This document shows positions 1 through 10,419 of a DNA stretch of 64,000 nucleotides, in pieces; position 1 is the first letter of the stretch, and each line of letters opens with the position of its first letter. The notes beneath the pieces were generated by a model. That model saw only the letters and a list, made by a program, of their open reading frames with translations. It searched no databases and was not told the origin of the DNA. The position numbers and the translations under genes are program-made. This stretch comes from Candidatus Babeliales bacterium (GTDB lineage: Bacteria > Babelota > Babeliae > Babelales > JANWKD01). Where the stretch lies: positions 384,001 to 448,000 of the forward strand of contig CAVRJM010000001.1 of NCBI GenBank assembly GCA_963722075.1, given 5' to 3'.

Positions 1-333
1 TTGGTTAAAAAAATGCTCAGCACGCTCGTTGCTGAAATTGAAAAAGTCGTGGTACGCGTAAAAAATCCGCTTTTATACTCTTATTTATCGTTTAGCGAAC
101 ATACCTTTAATTCGGAAATGGATTTTATTCAGTTGCAAGAAGAAGTCCAAAAGGCAAAATTACTATGTAGTAATGATACATTAGAACATCTTTCAATGTG
201 TCAGGAAACCTTTAACCGCTTAGAATTATATCCCGCTAAGCTTACAAATTTATACCAAGATTCAGTAAATTATGCTATTAAAACGTGTGACAATACACGT
301 ACACTGAAAGAGCTATTGGCTTTCGTTTCATAA
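1..333 (+). CDS. hypothetical protein, 3' part (runs off window start)
   Basis: Open frame from position 1 to stop at 333, convergent with ychF; no recognisable motif. Confidence 0.55.
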   Translation: MVKKMLSTLVAEIEKVVVRVKNPLLYSYLSFSEHTFNSEMDFIQLQEEVQKAKLLCSNDTLEHLSMCQETFNRLELYPAKLTNLYQDSVNYAIKTCDNTRTLKELLAFVS

Positions 334-1446
334 TTACACATTAAATTTAACGTTAATAATATCGCCATCCTGCACCACATAATCCTGACCTTCAGTTCTC
401 ATTTTGCCACTGGTACGTAATTTTGCTTCTGTTCCCAATTCAAATAGATCGTTGCAATTAAAAACATCGGCGCAGATAAATCCTCGTTGAAGATCGGAGT
501 GAATTTCGCCAGCAGCTTGACGAACGGTTAAGCCTTTTTTTATAGGCCAGGCATGAATTTCCTTAGGACCGCAGGTGAAAAAGGTTATAAGCCCTAAATG
601 CGCATAGGTTTGTTGAATAATTTTATCAAGACCGCTTTTTTGTAAACCAAGCATTCCCATCATTTGAGCAGCATCTTCTGGAGATAATTGCGATAATTCA
701 TATTCTAAACGGGCACATACTGCAATAACACGATCTTGACCAAATCGGTTAATTAATGATTTATAAAAGGGATTATCCTTATAAACCTCATTTTCTATTT
801 CATGTTCAGCTATATTGGCGATAATTAAGAAATTTTTTCCTGATAACAGCGGAATTGTTTCTACCGGTGACTCATGAACTAATTCATATACTTTTGTTGC
901 GTTTGCTGCATTTAATTCCTGATTAAGGGCATTAAGTAGTTCCAATTCAGTAGTCAGTTGCTTAAATTCAGCAGGCTTATTTTTTGCTGATTTGAGTAGA
1001 TGATTAACTTTTTCTATTCTTTTATGGACTGATTCCAAATCTTTCAGCATCAATTCTGATTGGATGATTTCAAAATCATTTATAGGATCAATCTCTTGGC
1101 CTGCATGGATTATATTGGCATCTTCAAAGCAACGTACCACATGCAAAATTAAATCAACTTCCCTAATATGGCTTAAAAATTGGTTGCCCAGACCCTCTCC
1201 TGAAGCAGCTCCTTTAACCAAGCCGGCGATATCAACAAAGCTTACGGTAGCGGGCATTATTTTTTGGCTATTGTATATGTTTTTTAATTGTAATACTCGT
1301 TGGTCGGGGACTTCAGTAATAGCCATATGCGGGTCAATGGTGCAAAAGGGATAATTTTCTGCAGGTACTGATGATTTAGTTAAGGCGTTAAATAAGGTAG
1401 ATTTACCCACATTGGGTAAGCCTACCAGGCCAGCTTTTATGCTCAT
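334..1446 (-). CDS. ychF: redox-regulated ATPase YchF (Obg family)
   Basis: GLPNVGKSTLFN, NYPFCTIDP, DIAGLVKGA, C-terminal TGS domain (AAGEIHSD, YVVQDGD); start at MSIKAG after AAGGA RBS. Confidence 0.97.
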   Translation of the reverse strand: MSIKAGLVGLPNVGKSTLFNALTKSSVPAENYPFCTIDPHMAITEVPDQRVLQLKNIYNSQKIMPATVSFVDIAGLVKGAASGEGLGNQFLSHIREVDLILHVVRCFEDANIIHAGQEIDPINDFEIIQSELMLKDLESVHKRIEKVNHLLKSAKNKPAEFKQLTTELELLNALNQELNAANATKVYELVHESPVETIPLLSGKNFLIIANIAEHEIENEVYKDNPFYKSLINRFGQDRVIAVCARLEYELSQLSPEDAAQMMGMLGLQKSGLDKIIQQTYAHLGLITFFTCGPKEIHAWPIKKGLTVRQAAGEIHSDLQRGFICADVFNCNDLFELGTEAKLRTSGKMRTEGQDYVVQDGDIINVKFNV

Positions 1447-1586
1447 ATATTCCTTCATAATGCTTTATTAATAACTATAATTGAGTGTGCTTTAAAAATC
1501 GATTTTATTCAATAAGCCGTATATGCAAGAAAGATACAAATTATTATACTGATCCCCTGAAAATAATAATCTTCAAAGGAGTTTTA

Positions 1587-2096
1587 ATGTATAGTATATA
1601 TAAACGCATTTCTCTGATTTTTATAATCAATTTTGGATTATATTGTAACGCGATGGAAAAGTCTGAATTTCAGGATTTGATATTTGCAATTGCAGATAAA
1701 ACAAGTGAACTTGTATTAGATAGTATTATTCAATATTTTCAAAAATCAGCTATTGGTTATAATCAAGATTCAGTTATGCTTCGCAATATGTCTCTAAAAT
1801 TAACTAAAAAAACTAGTCTCGAACAAGATTGTGTAGATGATAAGCGGGTTACAACCGTATCTAAACTCTCTAAAAAAATTACGAAAAAAAGAAGAAAAGA
1901 ATATAGTGCCTGGGCTCAACATTTAACAGAAAATAAAGAACAATATCATTTAAATTTAATGAAATCATTTCGTTTATTCTTGGTAAATAGCTCATTAGAA
2001 GAAGATTATATTAAGTTTTTCTCCCGTTCAATTTTAAATATTAAAGAAGAAATTGAAAAAGAGCACTCGATAGAAAAGCCGAAGGAAAAAGAATAA
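1587..2096 (+). CDS. hypothetical secreted protein
   Basis: AAGGAG RBS before ATG 1587; signal peptide ending YCNA-ME; basic KKRRK patch. Confidence 0.7.
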   Translation: MYSIYKRISLIFIINFGLYCNAMEKSEFQDLIFAIADKTSELVLDSIIQYFQKSAIGYNQDSVMLRNMSLKLTKKTSLEQDCVDDKRVTTVSKLSKKITKKRRKEYSAWAQHLTENKEQYHLNLMKSFRLFLVNSSLEEDYIKFFSRSILNIKEEIEKEHSIEKPKEKE

Positions 2097-2097
2097 T

Positions 2098-3963
2098 TTA
2101 TATATCTTCCAGCGGTTTATAAAGCACAATCTCTTTTATCTTATTTTTAGGATCAGTTAGGCGTATGCAAAATTGATTTTCAGTATATTTTCTGTTGGTT
2201 ATAATTATGTCTGATAACGACTCAAATTCTTTGGTTTCATATACCTGTTCTTGCATCGAAGGGAATTGTACCTTATATGCATTACCCATAAGAATCTCGG
2301 AAACTTCTATATCATCTAACTTATTATAGCCGCGATGATAGCAAATTCCTCTTTCATCAATACTGCAAGAAAAGCATACTAATTTCTTCTTATTTGAATG
2401 GTAATTAATTTCTCCAATAAGTAAGTATCGCATTTCTTTTTGCCCATTATCTTTTGTTATTTCTTGTTGTTGCCCAATAGAGAGCAAGAAATGATCGATT
2501 AATGGGTTAATGGTATGATATTCGATAGAGCTGTTACTAGGTTTGTTAGCAGAAATAAAATCTTCATCGAACCACCGTAAGATACGGACATGGTAGGTAG
2601 GTAATATAAGCTGTTCAACTTCTTTTTCTTGAATAGGTTCTGGAATTGGAGCTTCGACAGTAGCTTCCATACTAATGATTTCTTCGGGTTCTTCATCACG
2701 TGTAGTAGTTGCTTTTTTTGAATGGGGATGCTTTTGTTTCTTCTTTTTTTTACTTGTACATCTGGTTGGTGTTGGTTTTTGATGATATTTTTTATCAATC
2801 CATTCATCAATAGGTTTTGTCTTACTTTGTGTAATTAATTCATCAGGTAATCGCTCAAACAATTCGTTACGTTTTAAGATTTTTGTTTTATATTTTTTTA
2901 TAGCTTCGAGTCGTTCTTGAGATGGCAATGTTTTTAAAATTCTATTTTTCTCATCCATTATTTTTTTATAAAGCGCAGCATGTTGCTGATGAGTAGCGGA
3001 TATAGTTTTAATAAGTGAAGCAATATGATCATTGTAATAAACGTTCTCAGCTGTTAATAAGCAATCGTGATTATTATTGAGAAATCCATAGCCATGTTTC
3101 ATTGCTTTGAGTTGTGCAAAAAGAGATAATACTTGCGGCATTACTTCTGTAACTGCAGAATAAATACCGTGCTTATCAAGAATTTCATTTATTTTTAAGA
3201 GTAGATCAGTTTGTTTAATTATGTTATTTGCAGTCTGAACACTAACACGAAGAGGTTGCGCGGTGTCGTCGATGAATAGTAATGAAAATAAAAAGATATC
3301 AGTAAAACGTGAAATGTCGTCGGCGCAAAGGGTCATATAAAAAGTGTTATAGATTTTTTTTGCTATTATTTTGACTTCTTCATTTTCATTATCTAGTAAT
3401 TGGGTAAATAATCTTTTATAGCGGTTTTCATTTGAAGCGTTAAATTTTTGTGGATTATTTGATAAGGGAATTAACTGGAATCCTATCGAGCGACCTTCGC
3501 ATGTGGTTATAGGAATATGCTTTTTTATAAGTTCTTCATTTTCTGGAATAATAGGAACGCTTTTGTGGTAATGTGGTTTTGGTTCATTTGATTCGTTAAA
3601 TGGCGGCATCACTGCAGTTATATCGAATCCAAATATTTCATTTGGAAAAGAAGATGTTAAGGCCTCTTTAGTGTAATAAAGTATTTTTTGAAAAAAGGCT
3701 AACGATTCATGACGCATATACAATAAATTGGTTAATAGTTGTAGTTTTTGTAAGTAGGATGGATAATCTTTCTTTAAACCAGAAAAATGTAATAATTTTG
3801 GAATATTAATTTCATCTACTTGGGGAGCATGGCTTAAAAGTGCGGGGAAGACTTGAGGTATAATTTCAACCTGTTTATTTTCTTCAGGGGCTTCCATTGC
3901 ACTGATGTTTAATAGAGTGCATGATAAGAGTAGAATTACTATATTTTTATATATTTTTTTCAT
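2098..3963 (-). CDS. hypothetical secreted protein (putative effector) with poly-Lys NLS-like segment
   Basis: 621-aa ORF, signal peptide NISA-ME, SKKKKKQKH stretch, C-terminal domain with RILRWF...CYHR. Confidence 0.8.
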   Translation of the reverse strand: MKKIYKNIVILLLSCTLLNISAMEAPEENKQVEIIPQVFPALLSHAPQVDEINIPKLLHFSGLKKDYPSYLQKLQLLTNLLYMRHESLAFFQKILYYTKEALTSSFPNEIFGFDITAVMPPFNESNEPKPHYHKSVPIIPENEELIKKHIPITTCEGRSIGFQLIPLSNNPQKFNASNENRYKRLFTQLLDNENEEVKIIAKKIYNTFYMTLCADDISRFTDIFLFSLLFIDDTAQPLRVSVQTANNIIKQTDLLLKINEILDKHGIYSAVTEVMPQVLSLFAQLKAMKHGYGFLNNNHDCLLTAENVYYNDHIASLIKTISATHQQHAALYKKIMDEKNRILKTLPSQERLEAIKKYKTKILKRNELFERLPDELITQSKTKPIDEWIDKKYHQKPTPTRCTSKKKKKQKHPHSKKATTTRDEEPEEIISMEATVEAPIPEPIQEKEVEQLILPTYHVRILRWFDEDFISANKPSNSSIEYHTINPLIDHFLLSIGQQQEITKDNGQKEMRYLLIGEINYHSNKKKLVCFSCSIDERGICYHRGYNKLDDIEVSEILMGNAYKVQFPSMQEQVYETKEFESLSDIIITNRKYTENQFCIRLTDPKNKIKEIVLYKPLEDI

Positions 3964-4151
3964 ATTCTATTGTTCCATTTATAATTATCATCTTCTATAT
4001 ATAATTACTAATATATATTTTTTTATAAAATTATCAAGCTGGTATATTGCCCTGTGTAAAAAGTTTCAATTTGTAATTATTGAAGTAGGATGGCTGCTTT
4101 TGGTATACTGACTACTAATACAGATAGAATCTTATAAAAAGGGGTTGAGGT

Positions 4152-7049
4152 ATGAAGTTTATAGATAAAAAGGCTATTTTTACTGTTTTTTTTATATTTT
4201 CACCTTTATTTTTTACATTTCCGATCATTATAGCTCAAGAAGGCGAGGAATGGAAAGCTCCTGAAGTGCCTAAAACTGAGGCTGAAAGAAGCACACTTGA
4301 AAAAGAGATTCAAAAGCGCCAACAGGCAATTGACCATGAAAGTGCTGGGGATCCTCGAGCTCATTTAGAGAATCAACGATTGAAAGCAGATATTGCAGTG
4401 CTTGAAATTAGTAAGGCTGAAGATAAGTTAAAAGCCAATCCTAATGATGCAACAGCACAAGCGCAAAAAGTTGAGGCGCAAAAATTGTTAGCGCAAGCGC
4501 AACAAGCATTTGAAAGCTCCTTTGTTCCTTCTGAGGCCGTACAGAAAAGAACGGTGTTACAGCAATTTGCTTATGATTTTAATCAGCAGTTAACTAAAAG
4601 CTTGAATGATATTAAAGAATCGCTTCCTAATGAGGTTGCTATTCAACGTTCACAATACCTCGCACTTTCTAATGAATTTAACCGCATGCAACTAGGAAGA
4701 CAATCAACATTATTAGCTGATGTTGACTATAGTGTTACTGATTTCGCGCGTCAAAAAGAAATATTACAAAAATTTCAACAAGCGCTTGTTGATAATGGTT
4801 TAGACAGTCCCCAAGCAAAAACATTACAAGAAAATATAGAAGCGCGTATAGAAGAAATAAAAGCATTCAAGCCAGGTCCAGAATTTCGCAACAATAAGTT
4901 AGCCCAAGAGCTTAATGTGGCCAATAAGCTGCCCTCAGATAGATTACTTTTACTTAAGGATCGCTTGAGACCCGAAACCTTCAATGCGACATATAAAGAA
5001 GCTTCTGATCGGCAACAGGCATTGAGAGATTTAAAACAGATTCTTCTTTTATATGGTATTTCATTTAAAGAGTTTTTTGCCTTAAATAGTACGGTAACCC
5101 CAGCTTTTATCAATTCGATAGCGCTTAGCTTACCAAATGATAGTGAGCGCATTGGTCTTTTTAGTTGGGTATTAAATGACGCGCTTTCCGTAACGACCTA
5201 TGCAGAGCAAGAGCGGCGGTTAAAATATTTAGATGCGGCATTACAAGATCCAAGTTTGCATGAGTATAAAGGATTGGCAGATTACATTAGGATAGCGCGT
5301 GATGCGATTGCAAAACGTATTACCCAAATAGAAGCAGTAAAAAGACAAAAAGTGCCGGTGCCACCAGCCGGAAGTTTAGCTGAAAAATTACAACTGAATG
5401 AAAAAATCCCTGCTGATCAAATCGTGGCAATTGAAAATGAATTTGTTTCTATTCAATCACAAATTATGGATGTATTTAAAGAGCAGCGGCAATTTGCCAA
5501 TGGGGATAATATATTTGCATGGGAAGAGCCAGAACTTAAAAAATTACAAGAAATTGTGAATTCAATGAGAGGGCTTTTAATAGATGCAAGTAAGTTATAT
5601 GATTTAGATGAAGAATATCAGGCACGCTTCATAGCGATGAATGATCCTATTACTGCATTACAAGTGCAAGTAAATGAGGCACTTGATCAGCCTAGCATTG
5701 CAGAAACAGTATATAATGATGTGAGTAGTTTCTTATCAACTATTTTTTCAGGAAAAACAGGATTAGAAGAGGAAGAACCTTCAAAATCAATGGCAGAAAC
5801 GATAGGCCAAACGCTTGATTCATTAAATAAAGTTGTTGATACTATGTTGCGCCGAGAAGGTGAACTGATGAAAATAATAAGCGGTGGCGCAAAAGTTGTC
5901 GGTGATTATTTAGAACAAGCGCCTGAAGTAATAGAATCTACACAAAAATTTCTTGCTGATTTAGAGCAAAATACAAATGCGCATCGATTAGGTAAAGCAA
6001 ATTTATGGATTATTGAGCAAGCGGGGACTATTGAGGATAGGCAGGCAGTAGCAAATTTAGTAGTAAGTGCCTTTAAAGAGCTTCAAAATTTTGCTCATAG
6101 CGATGTTGTAAAAAAAATTGCTGAGGGAATACAGTCTGCCGGACAAGTTTTTAATGGTTTTGCAGAAGCAGCAAAAGAAGTGGGTAATAAAATAGATCAA
6201 GCGGCGCAAGACGTAACGCCCCCTGATGAGGCACTCGAACGTAAATTAGAAGCTATTAAAACAGCGCAAGCATTAATTGATAAAGAAAAAGAAGCACTAC
6301 CTGTGGTATCAGAAACTGATGTGCAAACATATAGTAGTTTTTTTAAAGATTTTTTCCAAAAAATGTTGAGTTGGTTACGTACGAAGTTTACGACACCAAA
6401 AACGGGATTAAACGATCGTTATGTAGCGGCGATGAATAATTATACGACGCAGCGAGATCTTTATTTAAGATATTTAGGTGTTACTGATGAAAGTACATCT
6501 GAGGAAATTCGTGCTGCAATGGAAAAGAAATTTAGAGAAGATAAAAATGGAAGTAAAAAAGCAGCTGGTGATGTATTTACGAGTGCTCGTGATATGATGG
6601 CAGTATTACAAGAAGCCCAAAAAACATTGCAAGCAGTACAAGGAAATATACACTTTGTTGTTGAAGCCTGGGATTCATTAGATCCAGCAGCTACTGATGA
6701 AAAAGCCTCCGCAGCTCAGATAATTATTGATCTTTTTGCAGCACGTGATCGAAAATTGGATTACCTCGAGGCTGCGCGGCGTGAAATGGCATTCCTAGAA
6801 AGCGGTCTGCGTGCGATGATTCCTAAAAATATAAAAAATATTTCGGTAGTTTCTGATGATTTTATAACTATTTCTATGGCAGCTAATAAATTGTATCTTT
6901 CAGAGCAGCAGATCAAAACTATTCAAGATTACCAAGCATTAATTAAAGAATTAGATGATGCATTAAATAAAAAACAGCAAGAGCTTTTACAATCGCAAAG
7001 TGGTGGTACCAATACAGGCGGAAATGGTGGAATTTTTGGTGGCGGATAA
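4152..7049 (+). CDS. large secreted alpha-helical/coiled-coil protein
   Basis: 965-aa ORF, N-terminal signal peptide, Ala/Gln/Glu-rich helices, Gly-rich C-terminal tail. Confidence 0.85.
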   Translation: MKFIDKKAIFTVFFIFSPLFFTFPIIIAQEGEEWKAPEVPKTEAERSTLEKEIQKRQQAIDHESAGDPRAHLENQRLKADIAVLEISKAEDKLKANPNDATAQAQKVEAQKLLAQAQQAFESSFVPSEAVQKRTVLQQFAYDFNQQLTKSLNDIKESLPNEVAIQRSQYLALSNEFNRMQLGRQSTLLADVDYSVTDFARQKEILQKFQQALVDNGLDSPQAKTLQENIEARIEEIKAFKPGPEFRNNKLAQELNVANKLPSDRLLLLKDRLRPETFNATYKEASDRQQALRDLKQILLLYGISFKEFFALNSTVTPAFINSIALSLPNDSERIGLFSWVLNDALSVTTYAEQERRLKYLDAALQDPSLHEYKGLADYIRIARDAIAKRITQIEAVKRQKVPVPPAGSLAEKLQLNEKIPADQIVAIENEFVSIQSQIMDVFKEQRQFANGDNIFAWEEPELKKLQEIVNSMRGLLIDASKLYDLDEEYQARFIAMNDPITALQVQVNEALDQPSIAETVYNDVSSFLSTIFSGKTGLEEEEPSKSMAETIGQTLDSLNKVVDTMLRREGELMKIISGGAKVVGDYLEQAPEVIESTQKFLADLEQNTNAHRLGKANLWIIEQAGTIEDRQAVANLVVSAFKELQNFAHSDVVKKIAEGIQSAGQVFNGFAEAAKEVGNKIDQAAQDVTPPDEALERKLEAIKTAQALIDKEKEALPVVSETDVQTYSSFFKDFFQKMLSWLRTKFTTPKTGLNDRYVAAMNNYTTQRDLYLRYLGVTDESTSEEIRAAMEKKFREDKNGSKKAAGDVFTSARDMMAVLQEAQKTLQAVQGNIHFVVEAWDSLDPAATDEKASAAQIIIDLFAARDRKLDYLEAARREMAFLESGLRAMIPKNIKNISVVSDDFITISMAANKLYLSEQQIKTIQDYQALIKELDDALNKKQQELLQSQSGGTNTGGNGGIFGGG

Positions 7050-7137
7050 TAGTAGTAAAAATTGTTGCAAATAAAAAATATTTTATGGCATGCTATCATT
7101 GTTGTAGTATTACGGATTAAATAAAGGAGTTTCGTAT

Positions 7138-7377
7138 ATGATGAATTGTTCTCCAGCAATGAAAATTGTTGCAAAGATTTCAATGTTAATTTGTTCATTA
7201 GCTGCAATTCACATGGGTCTTATGGAAATGGGATATAATCTTATTGATACCATGAAATTAGCTGAATATGCACGTCCACTTGGTTATATTGTCGGTATAG
7301 CTGGTGTGATCAGCTTAGTGATGCTTATTTTGTGGTGTACGAAGTCTCATTGTGACACCACCGGATCATGTCGATAA
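7138..7377 (+). CDS. small two-TM membrane protein, DUF378-like, Cys-containing tail
   Basis: AAGGAG RBS; two hydrophobic segments with AIHMGL...YNL...YIVGIAG pattern; paralog immediately downstream. Confidence 0.75.
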   Translation: MMNCSPAMKIVAKISMLICSLAAIHMGLMEMGYNLIDTMKLAEYARPLGYIVGIAGVISLVMLILWCTKSHCDTTGSCR

Positions 7378-7388
7378 AGGAGTTTACG

Positions 7389-7652
7389 ATGCATTGTTCT
7401 CCCGTTATGAAGATCGTTGCAAAGATTTCAATGTTAATTTGTTCATTAGCTGCAATTCACATAGGTTTGATGGAAATGGGATATAATCTCATTGATCCCA
7501 TGAAGCTTGCTGAATATGCACGTCCGCTTGGCTATATTGTTGGTATAGCTGGATTAATCAGCTTAGTGATGCTAGTGATGTGGTGCATGAAATCTCATTG
7601 TGGCTGCGGACCAGGATGTTCTGGATCATGCAGTTCCGGTTCTTGCCGATAA
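7389..7652 (+). CDS. small two-TM membrane protein, DUF378-like, extended Cys/Gly/Ser tail
   Basis: AAGGAG RBS before ATG 7389; near-identical to 7138-7377; tail HCGCGPGCSGSCSSGSCR. Confidence 0.75.
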   Translation: MHCSPVMKIVAKISMLICSLAAIHIGLMEMGYNLIDPMKLAEYARPLGYIVGIAGLISLVMLVMWCMKSHCGCGPGCSGSCSSGSCR

Positions 7653-7675
7653 GCTGTTAAAAAAATTAGAAAGCT

Positions 7676-7720
7676 AAAAAGCTAGATAATGATACAAAAA
7701 TAATCGTTATCTAGCTTTTT
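7676..7720. terminator. bidirectional intrinsic terminator
   Basis: AAAAAGCTAGATAATGAT/ATCGTTATCTAGCTTTTT inverted repeat between convergent genes. Confidence 0.75.
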
Positions 7721-7746
7721 TATTTATGCTCATCAAAGCCTAAAAA

Positions 7747-8649
7747 CTATTGTACATTATAGCCCTGGCGTAGCTCTTCTTGATAGAAAATGTAGAGCCC
7801 AATACAAACTACAATAAATGATAAAAAGAAGGTCCAATTAACCAGCTCTCCCAAGAAAAGCCAGCCAAAAAGAGCGGCAAAAAGGGGAGTAATAAAGCCG
7901 GCAAAAGAAAGAAATGTTGCCGTATATTTGGTGAGTAAATAGCCGTAGAAGTTATAAAAAATAATATTACATACTAGAATAATGAGCGCCGTTAATTTAA
8001 CAAATGGCCAGAAATCAAATATTGGGCTTGCCTGCCATCCTTCCACTATATACGAAGTAAGTAAGGCTAATAATCCACCGCCCACCATACCAATACCATT
8101 GACCATCACGGGGGAGTATCCACCATCTTTGACTAATTTACGCAGCGTAATCCATCCATATACCGCTGAAGTGACTGCTATTAAGAGAACCAATTCGGGG
8201 AATGAAAGAAATAGGGTGGCGCTTAGGGAGCTGGAGGATGCTTTAATGATCATTTCGGGTAAAAAGCCACAAAAGCCAATTAATAACCCAAGCCATTTTT
8301 TAGTGGTCATTTTTTCGGAAAAATAAAAATATGAAAAAAGCGCTGCCATAAAAGGGGATAAATTATATAAGAATGATGATTTAGACGAGGTTATATACTG
8401 CAATGACCATAAATCAAGAATATAAGCAAAATAAACGTGAAATAGTATAATTTGACCAAAGAGCAGCCAATCACGTTTTTTTATAATAAAGCAATTACGA
8501 TCTTTCCAAAAAGAATAAGCTAGAAGAAGCCCTCCGGCTACGAGCATCCGCACCGCAATAAAAAAGAACGGTTTTACGTATTCAAGTAATGCTTTACAGA
8601 TGGTAAAGGTGCTGGCGCAGAGTGCATATAAAATAACAATTGAAATCAT
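7747..8649 (-). CDS. DMT/EamA family transporter
   Basis: About 10 TM segments, two EamA repeats (YNLSPF...EKMT, TPLFAALFGWLFLGE). Confidence 0.92.
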   Translation of the reverse strand: MISIVILYALCASTFTICKALLEYVKPFFFIAVRMLVAGGLLLAYSFWKDRNCFIIKKRDWLLFGQIILFHVYFAYILDLWSLQYITSSKSSFLYNLSPFMAALFSYFYFSEKMTTKKWLGLLIGFCGFLPEMIIKASSSSLSATLFLSFPELVLLIAVTSAVYGWITLRKLVKDGGYSPVMVNGIGMVGGGLLALLTSYIVEGWQASPIFDFWPFVKLTALIILVCNIIFYNFYGYLLTKYTATFLSFAGFITPLFAALFGWLFLGELVNWTFFLSFIVVCIGLYIFYQEELRQGYNVQ

Positions 8650-8721
8650 AACAATCCTTTTAATAGATACCTATAACTATCCTATTAAAAGAATGAAAAA
8701 AGTAAAATTATCGATTTATGC

Positions 8722-10095
8722 CTATTCATATTTATCATCATAATATTCTTCAGATTCAGATTCGGATGATGTAACTTCCGGTTCATCCCATATAATGCTA
8801 ATTTGCTGTTCAGTATCAGCAAGCAATAATGATGGCATAGGCTTCCAAGGCTGTTTTTTTAAAAATGATACTAAGAATTGACCAAATTGTTTATCATCTT
8901 TAGTATGCATTTTTTGTTCCTGAATCTGTTTTAAAAGATAGGGAATAAGATGGGATGGCGCTATCGTTAAATGGTTATCAGATTCATACCATGGTGGATA
9001 GTAGGTGTCGATTTCATTTGTTCCACATTCAAAAGCTTCTTCCTTATCATTGTCTATAAGGCTAAAAAGGGGGTAATGGAGCATGGATAATGAAGAATGT
9101 TTTTTAACTGTTCTTAATATACGTTCGGTACTCGTATGGCATGAATCAATAGCAACCAGATCTGGGCGCAGCGTATTAAAATAAGTAAATAATTGGTTAA
9201 TATGAATTTCTGAAAGTCCCAACGTTATGGGTATGGGTTTTATTCTATTTGCTCTGCTCCCATGGCCCGTTAAATAAAATGCCCAGCGGTACTCTTGATT
9301 ATTATTATGTGTATTAATAAGGGTTGATAATTTAGAAACCCAATTATTTGAATCTGGTTTAATAGGTTCTTGTAAAGGAGACTGTATGGGGGTGCAGGTA
9401 TCTAAATTGAGTGATTTGAAATCATTTTTTTGAGTAAGGCAATAAAGACCAAGATGGGTATCGTACCAATCCCATTTAGAAAGCCCCACTATAATTTTAA
9501 AAAATCTATAAAACGCAAGTAATGAAGAAAGTTCTTCTTTTAATACCGTATATTCATTTCCGCTTTCATCTTTTACTATTTCGGTAGCTTCTTCTAGTAA
9601 TTGATAATGGGAACAATTATATTTAGTTATAGGTTGATCAGTAATCTCATTTGGATGTTTAAAGATCATTACGCGATTTGGTGGCATTGCTCGAGCAATT
9701 CGCTTCCCTTTTGGTAAAAAAATGTTATGGTAACTGGGGTTAATAATAATTTGTTGTAACGGGTCTTCAATATTGTTTTCATTAAAGAAATTTTGTGCTT
9801 CTTTATATTCTTTTTTTAATGCTTCAAGAAGTCCGTAGGTAATAAAAATATGATGAGCATTACCGGTACAAAGTTGATCTATTAAGCTCTTTCTAATTAC
9901 ATTATTATTATCTATATTATGAGGATTCTCATCTTTTGTAGCTTCGCCCGTATTAATAAAAAAGAAGGCTCTAATCGGTTGATGTGAGGATACGGTATTT
10001 GTCTCTTCTTGCATACTGTAGGTAAAACCACCGCAACATATGATAAAAAGAGTACACAAAAAATTAATTTTAACATTTCTATAAGAATTATACAT
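8722..10095 (-). CDS. secreted protein with caspase/metacaspase-like (clan CD) His-Cys motifs
   Basis: Signal peptide; WAFYLTGHG and VAIDSCH motifs; acidic C-terminal tail. Confidence 0.6.
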   Translation of the reverse strand: MYNSYRNVKINFLCTLFIICCGGFTYSMQEETNTVSSHQPIRAFFFINTGEATKDENPHNIDNNNVIRKSLIDQLCTGNAHHIFITYGLLEALKKEYKEAQNFFNENNIEDPLQQIIINPSYHNIFLPKGKRIARAMPPNRVMIFKHPNEITDQPITKYNCSHYQLLEEATEIVKDESGNEYTVLKEELSSLLAFYRFFKIIVGLSKWDWYDTHLGLYCLTQKNDFKSLNLDTCTPIQSPLQEPIKPDSNNWVSKLSTLINTHNNNQEYRWAFYLTGHGSRANRIKPIPITLGLSEIHINQLFTYFNTLRPDLVAIDSCHTSTERILRTVKKHSSLSMLHYPLFSLIDNDKEEAFECGTNEIDTYYPPWYESDNHLTIAPSHLIPYLLKQIQEQKMHTKDDKQFGQFLVSFLKKQPWKPMPSLLLADTEQQISIIWDEPEVTSSESESEEYYDDKYE

Positions 10096-10419
10096 ATAAA
10101 CCTACCCATAATAAGCAATTATATTAATATTATAATTATATATTATTTGTAAATAAATTAAAGAGGGGTATTATCGTATAATTGAGTGAAAAAATATGAT
10201 ATTTAGAAAAAGTATATGCGGGTAAGGGAAGTCAGGACAAATGCATTTAAAACATCAGATTAAAAAGGCTTAAATATAATGCTGGATCCAGGCTAAAGTT
10301 AAATATCCTTTAAATATTTTTGGCTAAATGCTTATTATCTGAGACGTTTGTACTAAAGTGAAATGCGCGCTTTATTTGGTGGGCATTTCGATAGTGAATT
10401 TATTCTATTTGGTAAGCTC

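Noticed and set aside
10281..10293. CTGGATCCAG resembling the repeat termini
   Set aside because: Only a 10-bp palindrome with none of the internal repeat sequence.
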